Of a stretch of 64,000 bases of DNA, positions 47,215-59,635 are shown piece after piece. This DNA comes from Hydrolagus colliei (taxonomy: Eukaryota). The notes beneath the pieces are model-generated. The model was given only the letters and a program-made list of their open reading frames with translations, was not told the DNA's origin and did no database searches. The DNA lies in NCBI GenBank assembly GCA_035084275.1, contig CM068770.1:4030001-4094000 (forward strand). The letters are read 5' to 3'. Made by a program: the position numbers and the translations under genes. Numbering within the stretch: position 1 is the first letter of the stretch; every line of letters begins with the position of its first letter.

Positions 47215-47998
47215 TCAGCTCTAAGGCGAGAGGTGGCTTCACCTCGGGTGCTACCTGATGCCTGTGGTCTCGAGTGTTTTACGCTTTGTCTCAACAGGAA
47301 ACCGAAGCGACAAGACGAACAAGCGAAAGATGGCGAGGAGGTCACTGCAGAAAAGTGTACAGCGCTCTGCGATTAAACAGAGTCCGTGCACGAAGCACCT
47401 TTGGACTTGTTCGTTAGCAATGGTCGGAGGTTGGCGATGCACCAACGGCTTTATTTTTAACGCCAGCCAACGGAGAAACTATTTCCACCGACGAGTCGGG
47501 TCGGTCGGTCACCAGAGGACATCGATTTAAAGCTGTCGCTACAAGGAACAGACAACGTAATTCCAAGTCCTGATGCCTAATAACTTGTCGTGGGTTGAAA
47601 AGAACAATTTATTATTGATTTTTTATTGAGGAATTATTGATATTATCAGGCATGTAAAGAAATGTGCCAAAGGTTTCGCTCTGCCCGGCTCTAACCACTG
47701 AGCTGTGGGACTCCGCACGACTGATAAATGATCCCTCCAACTAAATTATTAAATACGTATTGTGATGCATTGAATCGCAAGAAATGCAATCTGAACCCAT
47801 CACCACGTGCGCACTTACCGGTTGCATGAAATGACGCAAACTTGGAGGTGTAGATTATTGATCGAGTCAGATTTGTTTTTACGGCCTCGACATCTAGACA
47901 ATTCACTTTGTCCCAGAACTTTGGGACATCCTCTTGACCTGAGAGGCTCTACACAAAAGCAATTCCTTGTCCTCGTTAATGTCGTGATATTCTAAATG

Positions 47999-48004
47999 AA
48001 ATAA
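47999..48004 (+). terminator. Candidate poly(A) signal of gene B
   Basis: AATAAA followed by a T-rich tract. Confidence 0.5.
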
Positions 48005-48174
48005 AGATTTGTATTTTCTATTCGACCAGGTTGAGGGGCCGCTTTCTGCCAACACACTTTAAAGTGTGCCCTTGTTCTCTCTCCCCCGCCCCACACCCAC
48101 CACCAAAAAAAAGTACACTTTTTTTAAATTCCTCACCGCATGAACTAGCGTTGAATGAAATGTTTCGTTGTAGA

Positions 48175-48180
48175 TTTATT
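48175..48180 (-). terminator. Candidate poly(A) signal of gene C
   Basis: AATAAA on the minus strand about 230 nt after the TAG at 48412. Confidence 0.45.
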
Positions 48181-48411
48181 TTGGAGAGAACCGTTCTCCT
48201 TCAGTCTCCCCTGATGCAAGATTTCCTGATCAGCTCAGGAATGTCTTAAATCAGGGATACGTAACTGTCAATTCACACCACAGACGGTAGTGGGGAGGGC
48301 TGGGAGAGGGGGTGTGGAGGGGTCTTTTTCTTATATATTCCTGTCGATGTACAGTCCATTGCTCATTCCCTCTACCACATCGAGTCAGGGATTAATGTCC
48401 GCATCACGAAT

Positions 48412-48506
48412 CTAATGGCAAAGTCTGGTCCTGACAGGACAAACTGACATCGGGAACAGCCAGGTCACTGCCAGGACAGTAGAGAACAACAACTGGAGAC
48501 TGGAAG
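48412..48506 (-). CDS. Probable last exon of gene C, hydrophobic C-terminus (TM or GPI signal)
   Basis: Strong acceptor TTTTTTTTTGTTTCCCTCTCTCCATTAG; phase 1 gives SSLQLLFSTVLAVTWLFPMSVCPVRTRLCH*; linkage to the V exon 6.8 kb away is inferred. Confidence 0.55.
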
Positions 48507-48689
48507 CTAATGGAGAGAGGGAAACAAAAAAAAACACAATTAGGAAAATATTAACGGAACCCGCGAGGATTTCAAATCCTTTGGGTCTAGAAGGCCCTAC
48601 GGACATCCGATCTCGTTCCTCATCCAACACCTGCAGTATTTTGCGTTTTCCATAGCGTTTGACCGAAACACTCGTTTAGACGACATAAG

Positions 48690-48746
48690 CCTTGAACCCA
48701 CAATCTTCTGACTCAGAAGCAAGAGTGCTACTGCCCACTGAGCCGG
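48690..48746 (-). mobile_element. DeuSINE-type tRNA-derived head
   Basis: rc GGCTCAGTGGGCAGTAGCACTCTTGCTTCTGAGTCAGAAGATTGTGGGTTCAAGG. Confidence 0.6.
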
Positions 48747-49717
48747 TCTGATGTAGATTCCTCAACACCTCTCAAGGTTTCGAATTTGAAGCGCTCTGAG
48801 ACGCCGTTCAGCGCGGAGGGAGCTGTATATAAATCCAATACTGAATATATAAATCCAATAGATATATATATAAATACATATAAATCCAAGTTGTTGTTGT
48901 TGCTGTAGTTGTTGAATTCATCGGCTTGGTGCAGACATTCTTTCGACGGGGAACTCGATAGATATTTAATGTTTGAAGCGGAGGATCATGAATAATAATA
49001 ATCAATAATCTGCCCCCCAAAAATACACAATAATAAAAATTGGTCTTTTTCAACCCATTGTTGTTTCCCCCTCTCCAATCCTATGTGGGGGGGACGCTGC
49101 AGTGTGCGAATAGCTGCTGCGTTTCGCCCACAAATATACAGTCGATTCGCTTGACAGTACATTCTGTCAAGCGCTTTGAGACGTGGATAAGATGTGATAA
49201 GGCGCTATATCAAATGCAAGGATTATTCTTATTCTGATTGAAGCTGGTGAGGGGAGCGAGCGGTGGAATAGACACCTCCCGGCAGAGAGAGGAAACGGCA
49301 GTTGTGGTTTGCTGAGCCAAGCTGCTCGTTCCTACGCTGTGAAGTCGGGCGATTCTGTGATTAATGGACGGGGATTAAAGTATGGCGGGGGGAAACAGTT
49401 GGTAAATGAATCAGACAAAAGGATACGTCATATGAACATCTGTCATCTTAAAAGAAAATCCTCTCTCCGAGCGGGAACTGAGCGGTCTGTGTTTAGACTG
49501 AAGGAGTGGTGAGCGATTGAATCTTAACCCCCTCCTCCCCTCACCTACCGAGTGCTCACTGGAGCTTTGCTTCAACTGTCTTTAATATTAGTCAGGCAGA
49601 TTTGCAGAGATTGGATATTTTTTGCGACGATTCTGAGAAAGGAGAAATGGAACCAACCGTTTCCCTGTTCCTGAATACCCCAAGGCTGGTTCATCTCTCG
49701 TTCACAGATATAAATGT

Positions 49718-50058
49718 GGAGCTCCCGTAGCCCTGTGGTTAGAGCACTCGCCTTACAAGCGTGAGAGACCTGTGATTCGAATCCAGGCAGGTCAGGGCGA
49801 AACATTGGGCAAGTTTCCTTACTCCACACACACGCGCGCCTAATAATAATCCCTCCAAAAAAGAAAAACCCAATAATAAAAATTGGTCATTTTCAATCCA
49901 CGACTGTTTGTGGGGGGGACGCTGCTGTGCGCAATTGGCTGCTGCATTTCTCCCACAAATATACAGTCAATTCACTTGGCAGTATATTCTGTGAAGCGCT
50001 TTGAGACGTCGATAAGACGTGAAAAGGGCTATATCAAATGCAAGGATTGTTATTATTA
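49718..50058 (+). mobile_element. tRNA-derived SINE, full-length reference copy
   Basis: GGAGCTCCCGTAGCCCTGTGGTTAGAGCACTCGCCTTACAAGCG...TTCGAATCC...central block...TGTGAAGCGCTTTGAGACGTCGATAAGACGTGAAAAGGGCTATATCAAATGCAAGG(ATT)n. Confidence 0.93.
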
Positions 50059-50547
50059 ATAGTAGTACTATTATAAACGCTAGATGTCCTCCCGAGGTGA
50101 AGGAAGTAATACAAGTGCAATTTTGTTCTTGTTGCAGACTGATTACTCACTCAAATGTTTAACCCACACGCCAAACAGAGCACTTTGAATCATCTCCTCC
50201 CAGATCAATAGCGCTTTCTCAATTGAATTGTGTTGTGTTGAAAGGCAGCTACATATAGTTCTGGGAGCCAGCTGCGTAGCTAATGAAATCAAAGAGTGAC
50301 TGCCTCACATAATAGCAAGGCCTCAGGGTGTTCCATTCAACCCACTCTCAAACAAGGCTCTGAATTACTGTGTTACCTTGTAGCTTGATGCTTGGCAGCC
50401 AATTGCGCACAGCAGCGTCCCCACAAACAGTCATGGATTCAAATGACCAATTTTTATTATTGTGGTTATTCTTGGACGGATTGTTACGAGGTGTGTGGAG
50501 TAAGGAAACTTGCCCAAAGTTTCGCCCTGATCCGTCTGGATTCGAAC

Positions 50548-50785
50548 GCAGGGTCCCGCCACCCCCCCACCTCGCCACCATCCACCCCGTTCTCTCTCCA
50601 CAGCCCTGCAGACCTGTCCTCTCCAAATAACCATCTTCTTCTCTCTCGAAAGTTGTTATCGAATCGGCTTCCACCCATTCTTTCACGCAATGCGTTTGAG
50701 ATCCCAACAACTCCCTGGCTGAAAATATTTCTCCTCACCCACTCCTCACCCACCCTACTTGCCGGTGGAAACAGTTTCTTCTTGA
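50548..50785 (-). mobile_element. CR1 LINE 3' fragment
   Basis: rc encodes RNIFSQGVVGISNAL / WVEADSITTFERE, homologous to the 63290 copy. Confidence 0.85.
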
Positions 50786-51099
50786 TCAGTATAATAATAA
50801 TAATAATACAAATAATAATCCCTCCATTTGACACTACGCCTTTCATGTCGTCCAGAAGCCTCAAAGCGCTTCACAGGACTAAGAGCATTAAAGGCCTCTT
50901 GAGAAGATCTGGGGAAACTGGCATGATACTAGTCTTAACATTTATACTTCCACTTGATGTCTGATAAACACGCTGGATGGGTGGACAAGTTTCTTCTGCC
51001 CCTATGCCTCACCTGCCAAAGTGATCCCTCCATTTCGTGAACTTCTGCCTTCTATCTCTGTCACAAACCAACAAAGAGACAGTTTCAGTGCGAGACCCA

Positions 51100-51290
51100 A
51101 ACAACAACAGCAACAACGAGTTACATTTACACAGCGCCTTTCATAGCCGGAGGATGTCCCAAGGCGCTGGACAGTCTCGGGGAATTTGGGCCCAGGCTGG
51201 GGGTTTGCGATCAGGAGGGGAGGAGGGCGGGAGGGCGAGGGTAGGAGGGTGACTGAAGGCGCGGTCGAAGAGGAGGAGGGATCTTGAGAT
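51100..51290 (-). mobile_element. L2 LINE 3' fragment
   Basis: (CAA)n tail, CAGCGCCTTTCATAGCCGGAGGATGTCCCAAGGCGCTG. Confidence 0.8.
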
Positions 51291-51334
51291 GGGCCTTCCT
51301 TTCTCCTGAGAAATTTGTCGAGTTTCCTTTGTCT

Positions 51335-51575
51335 GTTACTTCAAAGGCTTCCCAAATGGATTCTTTGTCAACAACAGATGCTCAGTCCTTGACTGAGTTT
51401 GATAGATTTCTTTCCAACAGTGGGATGAAGGGATATGGGGACATGGCGGGAGAGCAGGTGGAGTTAGATTAGAAGATCAGCCGTGATCTTATTGAATGGC
51501 AGCTAGGGGAGGGTGGTGGGGGCAGGCTTGAGGGGCCGAATGGCCTACTCCTGCTCCTTATCCTTATGTTTTCAA
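51335..51575 (+). mobile_element. CR1 LINE 3' fragment
   Basis: Near-identical to 12645-12860. Confidence 0.8.
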
Positions 51576-52227
51576 TGCTAAGCAGAACTGGAATAGACAT
51601 TCAGCAGAAGTGATGCAGATGATCTGTGATTGATACGGCTAAAGTGTATGTTTGCTTATACCTGCGAACGTCAGAATGGTGTGCCTACATCCGAGCCGAA
51701 ACCAAAGCAACCGGCATTTTCAATTGCAAACAACACACAAACGATGCAAACCTCGTGATCTGCGAACAGATAATTGCCATGGCACCCGAGGCCAGCTTCA
51801 CTAGCACGCAAGGCTTTTCATCTCCACTTTATCTCGCCTCTGTCAAAACTAACCCAAAAGCTCTCAGAAATGAAAGCATCCTCAGGAAGCCAATTGCTAA
51901 GAATTGCGCCAATTCAAACAGAAACTGGAAGTCACAATCAGCGTAAGGGGAGGAGGGGGGTGGGGGGTGGTGGGGGAGAGGGGGTGTTGCTATGGAAACT
52001 GAGCCTATGAAAGCAGGTCACTCATTGAGTGTGGGCAGAGGTGCGAAAGAGTAATGAGGTATTGTGCGTCTGTCAGAGTTTCTGGTCGGCTGAATATCGC
52101 AGCTCGTAATCGGATTAGATTGTGTCCTGAACTCTAGGCCCTGGTAAATGTTTCCATGGAACAAAGAAGGTTGAGCGGAGTGACCTGATAAGGGATTGTT
52201 GAGATTAGGTGATTAGGAGGTTAGATG

Positions 52228-52437
52228 AGTCCTGCAGCTCAGTGGTTAGAGCACTCGCCTCGCAAACGAGAGATCCTAGGGTTCGATTCTAGACAGGTCA
52301 GAGCGAAACCTTGAACAAGTTTCCTTACTCCACACACGCACGCCTAATGATAATGTCTCCAAAGAAACACCAGAATAAATGAGTCACTCGATCCACGACT
52401 GTTTGTGAGGACAACTGTTGTGCGCAATTGGCTGCCG
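52228..52437 (+). mobile_element. tRNA-derived SINE, 3'-truncated
   Basis: Head, B box and central block. Confidence 0.85.
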
Positions 52438-53799
52438 TGTGGTATTTTGTGACATTTGCCTTGTTCATCACGGGAAACAAGGTCAATATTTGGAGCAGCC
52501 GTTCAACAGCCTGGTGTGCCTTCCCATCATCAATTAGTGCTGTCGCCTGGCGTCCAACTGCAATCTAAGTCATAACCAAGGAACTGAATGCAATGTAGAG
52601 TTAAAAGGTTGACGTGTTTCTGGGAATATTCAGTCATGTGGGTTTTTTTGCCTCGTCGGTTCTGCAAATATCAGCTGACTGATAGTTGGGAGTCAGAGTG
52701 GAATGACAGCAGTTTCATTTCACGTTGTCACCAGCCCCCCCACAAAACGTTCAGCTTTCTGTTTTAACGCTTTCTGTTTTAACGCTTTCTGTATTGAGTG
52801 ACAAAAGCTTCCCAATGAATGAGTCGATGAATGCCGAACCTTCAAACTGGGAGGAGCAGTTAGCTCATTTCTGAAGGGAATCAAAGGGAAGCGGAGAGGG
52901 TCATTGTTATTTAAAGCACTTTGAGATGTCGATAAGATGTGGAAAGCGCTATATAAATGTAAGACTTTTTTAATATATATTATTGTTAGAGTAGCCTGGT
53001 CCAAATGGGGGAGAGTTATTAAGCAGAGTGCCTGAGGTGGGGGGGTCAGTACTGGGACCAACTCCTGTTTCTCTCATATGTATTATTGACCTGGGGTTCA
53101 TGGACTCGTTGTAAGATTGCTAAACTTGTAGTCTTCCGTGCGGTATTGTATTGCCCACAAAATGTACAGTCACTCCACTTGAACAGCATGTTGTGTGAAG
53201 CACTTTGCGACATCTCGAAGACCTGATAAGGTGCTATATCAAAAGCAAGGATTATTATTAAAGTTTTATCGAACGCCTCTTGGTTAGTCTAGTTTCCCAC
53301 TGTCAATTTGGGCTGTCAGTTCTTAAAACTTTAGAGGGGATGCAATTCATCCTCTGTAAAGCTTGAGCAAGTTTCCTTGAATACACACACACACACGGGC
53401 CTAATGAGAATGTCTCCAAAAAAACCCAAGAATAAATGAGTCACTCGATCCATGACTGTTTTTGGGGACACTGTTGGCTGCTATGTGGTATTTTGTTCGG
53501 CAAAACTCGGCAGCTTTTAAAATAATTAAAAAGTTAATAATAATCAATAATTTGACACAGCACTTTATCGTGACGTTCAGACATTTCAAATCGCTTAAGC
53601 AGAATAACCTGTAAAGTGGATTGACTGTGTATTTTGTGGGTGTTTAAGTCCTAGAACTCAAATACAATTCCTGTTTGTTAGGGGTATGTTTTTTTTAGTG
53701 TGTTTTAGCTCCCTGTTAAGTAGGCATATATTTGCTATTTCTTGTCCATTCTCTTTCTCACACACACCCTCACACACACTTTGATGCCCTTAAGAATGT

Positions 53800-53955
53800 A
53801 ATATAGAATAATAGAATCATTACGGCACAAAATGAGGCCATTCGGCCAATCGAGTCTGTGCCGGCTCTTTAAACAGAGCAATTTAATCCCACTCCCCAAC
53901 TCTCTCCCATAACCTCGCAAACCTGTCCTCCCGCAATAAATGTCTACCTCTCTTT
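53800..53955 (-). mobile_element. CR1 LINE 3' end
   Basis: TAGAATCATTACGGCACAAAATGAGGCCATTCGGCCAATCGAGTCTGTGCCGGCTC matches 63295. Confidence 0.85.
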
Positions 53956-55334
53956 TAAGTTATTGTGGCAATATCTCGCTTGACTGTTGTAATATTGAAA
54001 GCGTTTTTTGGCTGTTATGTTTGCCATTTGCTGCTATGGCAATTTCAGTTCTCCCTTGGCTTCCCCAATCCCTTTTTAAAAATATATATATCTCTTTGCA
54101 TACAGTTCTGTATTCAGCCCAATGATCGACCTTTTGTTTCTAAACGACAAGCTTGATACAAGGTTCATTGTCATTGTCTTCTTTATCCCTATATTCTTTT
54201 TCCCATTGCGTCTTTCTTTCGTTTGTCTCTATTATAATGGGGTATTGTTTTCTTTTTTCTTTTAATAAAGAAGGCAGTGATTAAAGAATAAGACTTTTTT
54301 TTTTGGGGGGGTGGGTGTTGGGGGGGGGGGAGGGTCAGCCAGTTCCGTCACATTGATATGCTTAAGAACATGTAAACCAGACTGAGAGTTCCACATCACT
54401 TACGCAGCATCACTTCCACAATGAAATTTCCCCGTGTCTACAATGGGAAACATACCTTGAAGGTGACACTCTATCTCTCCCACCCAAAAAAAACAAATGA
54501 ATATTGGTCATTTTCAATCCAAGACTGTTTGGGGGGGGGCGGGGTGGTGGGGTTGGGGGGGGAGACGCTGCTGTGCGCAATTGGCTGCCACGTTTCGCCC
54601 ACAAATATACACAGTCAATTCACCGTATTGATGCTTTTCACATCTTATTGACGTCTCAAACCGCTTCACAGAAGCTTTGAGATGTCGATAAGATGTGAAA
54701 AGTGCTCTATCAAAGCAACGATTATTATTATTATCCTATTTACCTAATTCCAGAGAGTATTAGTTGCAGATCAGGCCTAAGGACCCCAGAGTGTTACTGG
54801 GGTCGGAGAGTTCGAATGTAACTCCATAGCTAGCCAACTGAGAGTGTCTTCTGGCTAGTTTCCCTGGGCTTGTCTACTTAAGACTGCCCTACCTCTTGGA
54901 CCTTTGGTTTGGAGGAGTCGGCTGGGAAGAATTCCCTCCTCTCAGTATCTTGTCTGCTTATCCCAAGTCCTGCCGATGAGCCAGGCTGACTGGTCTGTCA
55001 TCAGCCGTGGACAGTCCTGGTTCAAGAACTAGACCAATAGAGACTGGCCACAGTTTGACTTGATGCTGATAGTCTATTACCAAGTATGAAACCTTGAAGT
55101 CAACTGAGCCCTAGGAGGAAGGAGGAGAGATAGGTGGGGAGGGAGAGAGAGAGGGGTGAGGGGAAGAGAGAGGGGGAACGAAACAGAAACAGACAGATAA
55201 ATACAGAGAGAGTGAGAGATAGAGAGAGAGAGAGAGAGAGAGACGTAAGGACATCAGAGACACGCAGGCAGATGGAGAGATGGATTGAGGTGAAGGGAGA
55301 ACGAGAGACATAGGGGAGAATTCGGGTAACTTAC

Positions 55335-55631
55335 GAGTCACGTTCAACTCAATGGAACATCTCTGGGATTCTTTCTTGGAAAACACGCGGCAGATGTACA
55401 GTCCAGATTGCGAAATGGCCGTTGAGGGGATGGTCAAAGTCACTTGTTTGTTGGTGAATGATGGCTCGAAGCCTTTGCAGGTTTTTGTCTTTCCTTGGAA
55501 TATGTAACAAATGTCAAGGTTGTTATATTTCCATTGCACAGTGGTTTCCCCTTCACTGGCGTCGACAGGTTTCTCGCAAGTCAGGGTTACACTCTTACCA
55601 ACGGATGTGTGAATGATGGAGGGGGTATCAT
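55335..55631 (-). CDS. Gene C Ig V-type exon with five Cys
   Basis: 297 nt, phase 1 to 1; DTPSIIHTSVGKSVTLTCEKP...VQWKY..ICYIF..KTCKGF...VTLTIP...SQSGLYICRV...RCSIELNVT; TTTTTCACTTTCTTAAG acceptor, GTAAGT donor. Confidence 0.9.
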
Positions 55632-55779
55632 CTTAAGAAAGTGAAAAAAACACAAAGAAGTTTCATCAATGGCTTCCTCGGCTACCCAACATTCCTCTTA
55701 GATAATAGTAATCCTTGCATTTGATATAGCGCTTTTCACGTCTTCCAGAGAGTTAGGAGTGGTGGGGGGGTGGGGGGTG

Positions 55780-55975
55780 AAGGGAGAGAGTTGGGAGGAC
55801 AGCAGAAAGGCACGGTCGAAGAGGAGGGTCTTGAGACCGGCTTTGAAGGAGGCGAGGGAGGGAGGGAGGGAGGGAGGTGGGAAGGAGGGAGGGAGGGAGG
55901 GGGGGAGGGAGGGAGCGAGGGAGCGAAGCGAAGCGACTGTTGGATGGAGTTCCAGAGTGTGGGAGGGGGGCGGAA
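55780..55975 (-). mobile_element. L2 LINE 3' fragment
   Basis: rc encodes SLASFKAGLKTLLFDRAF. Confidence 0.82.
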
Positions 55976-57179
55976 AGTTCCTCACTGTTCCCGACATCGT
56001 ATTCAACCTACGTCAAACATGCCCTTCAGCCCCATGGTAACCCACGAGATGTTCGATTAAGCGTTACATTTCCCTGTAACCTTCCACCTCCACACGATTG
56101 AACCTCCTGGATGTCTTGCAAATCGCTGACGCAACCCGACAAATGATTGCCTCGATCATTTGTTTGGGGGAAACGCCAAATTCACATTCGTATAACATAA
56201 CAACTGCCACCCATCCATCCATCCACTCTAATTTGTCAAGGGTGGGAGGCTGGGCCTGCAGATTGTCGTTTATTTAAATGTAGATTTTTTTTTGGGGGGG
56301 AGGGGATCTTACACAAATGATCGAGCTGAACTGAGCCAGGAGGCTGAGGACAGTAAGAAAACCTCCCTCGCTGTGTTTTTTTTAACCTATCTATCTTTCA
56401 GTTTTGTAGTCTGAAACCCGCCTCTCAAAAACATGGAACACTTCCATTATCTGTGGGATGTGTAGATGAGTGACGCACACAGACCTGAGACGATTTAACT
56501 TTAGTTAAATCCGTCCAGTTTTTTGGACCGATTAATAATAATCCCTCCCCCCCAAAAAACCACAATAATAAAATTGGTCATTTCAATCCACGACTGTTTG
56601 TGTGGAGGACGTTGCTGTGCGCCATTGGCTGCCACGCTTTGCCCACAAATATATACAGTCAATTCACTTTACAGTATATTCTGTGAAGCGCTTTGAGACG
56701 TCGATAAGCTGTGAGAAGCCGCGATATCAAATGCCATTATTAGACCATACCATTATTAATTTGGGAAGCGACAGGGTCACACAGGACAAGGCTAGGTGAT
56801 GTTCAGGCCTTTGATCTGAGAATGCTTTGGGTGGGAGTGTCTTTTTAGAATGCATTACATGAATAATAATTATTATTATTAATAATACTAATCCTTGCAT
56901 TTGTTATGGCGCCTTATCATCCCTTTGAGGCATCTCAAAATGCTTCACAGAATATACTGTAAAGTGAATTGACTTTATTTTATGGTCGAAGGCAGCAGCT
57001 AATTGTAGGCAGCAGGGTCCCACAAACAGTCGAGGATTTATTGACCGAATTATTATCAACTTTTCGTGAAGGGATTCTTACCCCCCCACACCCCTCCGGA
57101 AAAGCGATCCGCCAATCGATTAACGACCGGGTTCCTGCAGACTGCGAGGTAAATGGATTGTTAATGGAGTCAAACTTAC

Positions 57180-57246
57180 CGCTCGCTCTTGTTTCGTGTA
57201 GCACATGGACGTGGACAGCGAGGATCACTAGAACTTTGTTAAACAT
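57180..57246 (-). CDS. Gene C signal-peptide exon: MFNKVLVILAVHVHVLHETRAS(D)
   Basis: GTCATG start, 67 nt, phase 1, donor G|GTAAGT, in frame with the V exon. Confidence 0.75.
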
Positions 57247-57704
57247 GACTGAAGATCAGTTGAGGAAAGCTGTAAAGCAAGCAGAGGCATGAAATGTGCG
57301 CACACTTTGCAGACTGCTCTACGTTCTACCAATACAAACACGGGTAAGCTTGCCAACGCAAACAAGCTGGTCTCGAGGCAGCTTGGGTAAATATGGTACG
57401 GGCATGAACAAGCTTAGTAACAAACAATCATCTTTACACAGTAGAGAGGGAATATTCAACGTGGCATCTTATCGTAGAATCTTGCACACAGGAAAATGTC
57501 CATTCGTCCCATCTTTGAAAGAGCTACCCAACTCATCCCAACTCCTCCGCTCTTATCCCCAACAGCCTTGCAAATGTTTTCCTTTTCAAACACAGTAGAT
57601 AAATCCACCTATGGATATATATTATTTTCCTTTTCAAGTAACTATCGGCTGAGTCCACTGTTTGTCTAAATACCGAGCTCAGGAGAAGCGAGGAGCAGAC
57701 TCAC

Positions 57705-57744
57705 CGAACAAACACACAAGAGCTTGGATGTGAAACGCAAACAC
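57705..57744 (-). other. Possible 5' UTR or alternative exon of gene C
   Basis: Acceptor ATTTTTCTTTCCAAG and donor TCG|GTGAGT; no usable ATG. Confidence 0.35.
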
Positions 57745-59635
57745 CTTGGAAAGAAAAATCCCCGGCAATTATCTAACATCCCATGGTTGGGGCTGGATTC
57801 GAAGAAGAATGTTTTCTTCAAGTCTCTACTTGCAAGTACAGTAACAACCCATCAATCAGCCATCAGTAAAACATAACTCCATACACTGGTTCTCCCAGAT
57901 TCAGTGCCTTGGGACGTCCTCCCGACGTGAAAGGCGCTATATAAAAGGATTGATTGGTTGATTGATTGATTAATCTGCGCTTTTATGGACTCCAGAATTC
58001 TTTCCCCCGATCCTTGCCTTTGTCCACCGTACCCTACTCACTCACCCACCATTTAACCCTTCAGCATCCTTACCTGAACTGAGCTTTAACACTCTCACCA
58101 GGCTTCCTGACTCTCAGCGAAGCGATCCTCCAATCGACAAACAACTAGGTTCCCACTTATTGCTCGGTTAATAGAGGTGTGTGTGGAGTAAGGAAACTTT
58201 GCCGAAGCTTTCATCCCACCCTGGAATCGAACCTGGGTCGTCTCGATCGCCTCATTCCCTCCATCTCACAATCGACTGCTCAACTTTAAGCCACAGCCTC
58301 CCCACCTCTCCTTCAACCAGCCCATCCCACCTCCTCTCCGTCTCTCTTTAAAAATCCCTCCTAAAAAACACAACACACCATTTTACACCCACTCCAGCAC
58401 TCTCCCAGCTCAGTGTAGAGCTCTGTCTCTCGAGAATTCATGGATACGTTACCCAGTGTGCAAAGTCCAGCGTGTTGGGACATCCTCTGACGTGAGAGGC
58501 GCTATATACAAGTGTAATTTTGTTGTTCTTTTCTTGTTGTCGTACTTCTTGTCTTCGCTACCTTTCTTTCGGACCCTACCCTCTGCCCTCGAGCCTCCTT
58601 CTTACTCTAACACTAGAAATTCAAGACAGAACTCGTGTGGAGTGAGGAACTCCCTGCCAATGGATCTCTCCCATCAGTAAACAGTTCCGAGGAAATTAAT
58701 GTGCAGCTGTTGCGAAGTCAGGCGATGCCTAGACCTGTCAGGACCTGCTCGTAGCTGAGACACACCTTGAATTAAAATGCATTCACTTCTTCCCTTCCAT
58801 GGAGGACGGAGAAACCATCTCACCCCGGGCGAAAGGCGACTGAAATAATAATCATTATTATTATATTAATACTTGCGTTTGATAGAGCTGCTTTTCACAT
58901 CTCACCGACGTCTCAAAGCGCTTCACAGAATATACTGACAAACTTGCCTGAGGTTTCGCCCCTCCCGCCCGGGAATCAAACCCAGGTCCTCTCGCTTGCG
59001 AGGCGAGTGCTCTAATCACAGCGTTAACTGGACTCCACGCTGACTGCTCGGCATCTGACGCGTTAGGCTAACACATCGCTGAGATCTGCTGAAAGGTTCC
59101 AAAGCTAATTTAATTGAAATGATTTCTGGAAACGCACCACTCATTTCCTCCCAATCTTTCACCAAATTACATGCAAATCCGACACGGCTCAAATTAGTTG
59201 TGAATTCGAGTGGACGTTTGCATATAAACTGATCGCGCAGACTGACGCTACAATGCAATATGGGAGGGGAGGGGGTGGGGTGGCGTGGGGGCGGGTGGGG
59301 GCAGCTGAGGGTGCTGGTTTGTTGGTGGGATGGATGGACGGACAGACAGACAGTGACGCCTGTATCTTTAAATTCCTATCGCCTAACTCATTAGTCTGAA
59401 AGCAGAATATGCTTCTTGATGGGCAACTCTCTTCGCCAAAGCCTCTCAATCGGGGACTTGGATTAAACAGTTGGCGATACCTGATTGGTATTGGACTTTG
59501 AAACCTTTGGAACATCAAGGTATCTGGTTTGGCGCAAACTGTCCTGTAAAAGTCCTTCCACCAAAGCAGTTGTCCAACGAACAGCTGATCAGGAAGCTCT
59601 GAGGCTTGAGATGACATCTGTAGTAAGATTACCTG

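Noticed and set aside
52720-52878. Minus-strand exon NELTAPPSLK...KALKQKALKQK as gene C's end
   Set aside because: Good acceptor but open only in phase 2, whereas the V exon ends in phase 1; no bridging exon found.
57705-57784. CCAACCATGG as gene C start
   Set aside because: The frame is not hydrophobic and ends in phase 2, giving a stop on joining the V exon; the 57246 leader fits.
59171-59178. Octamer ATGCAAAT as an Ig-type promoter
   Set aside because: Single 8-mer about 1.9 kb from the nearest ATG, with no associated V leader; expected by chance.
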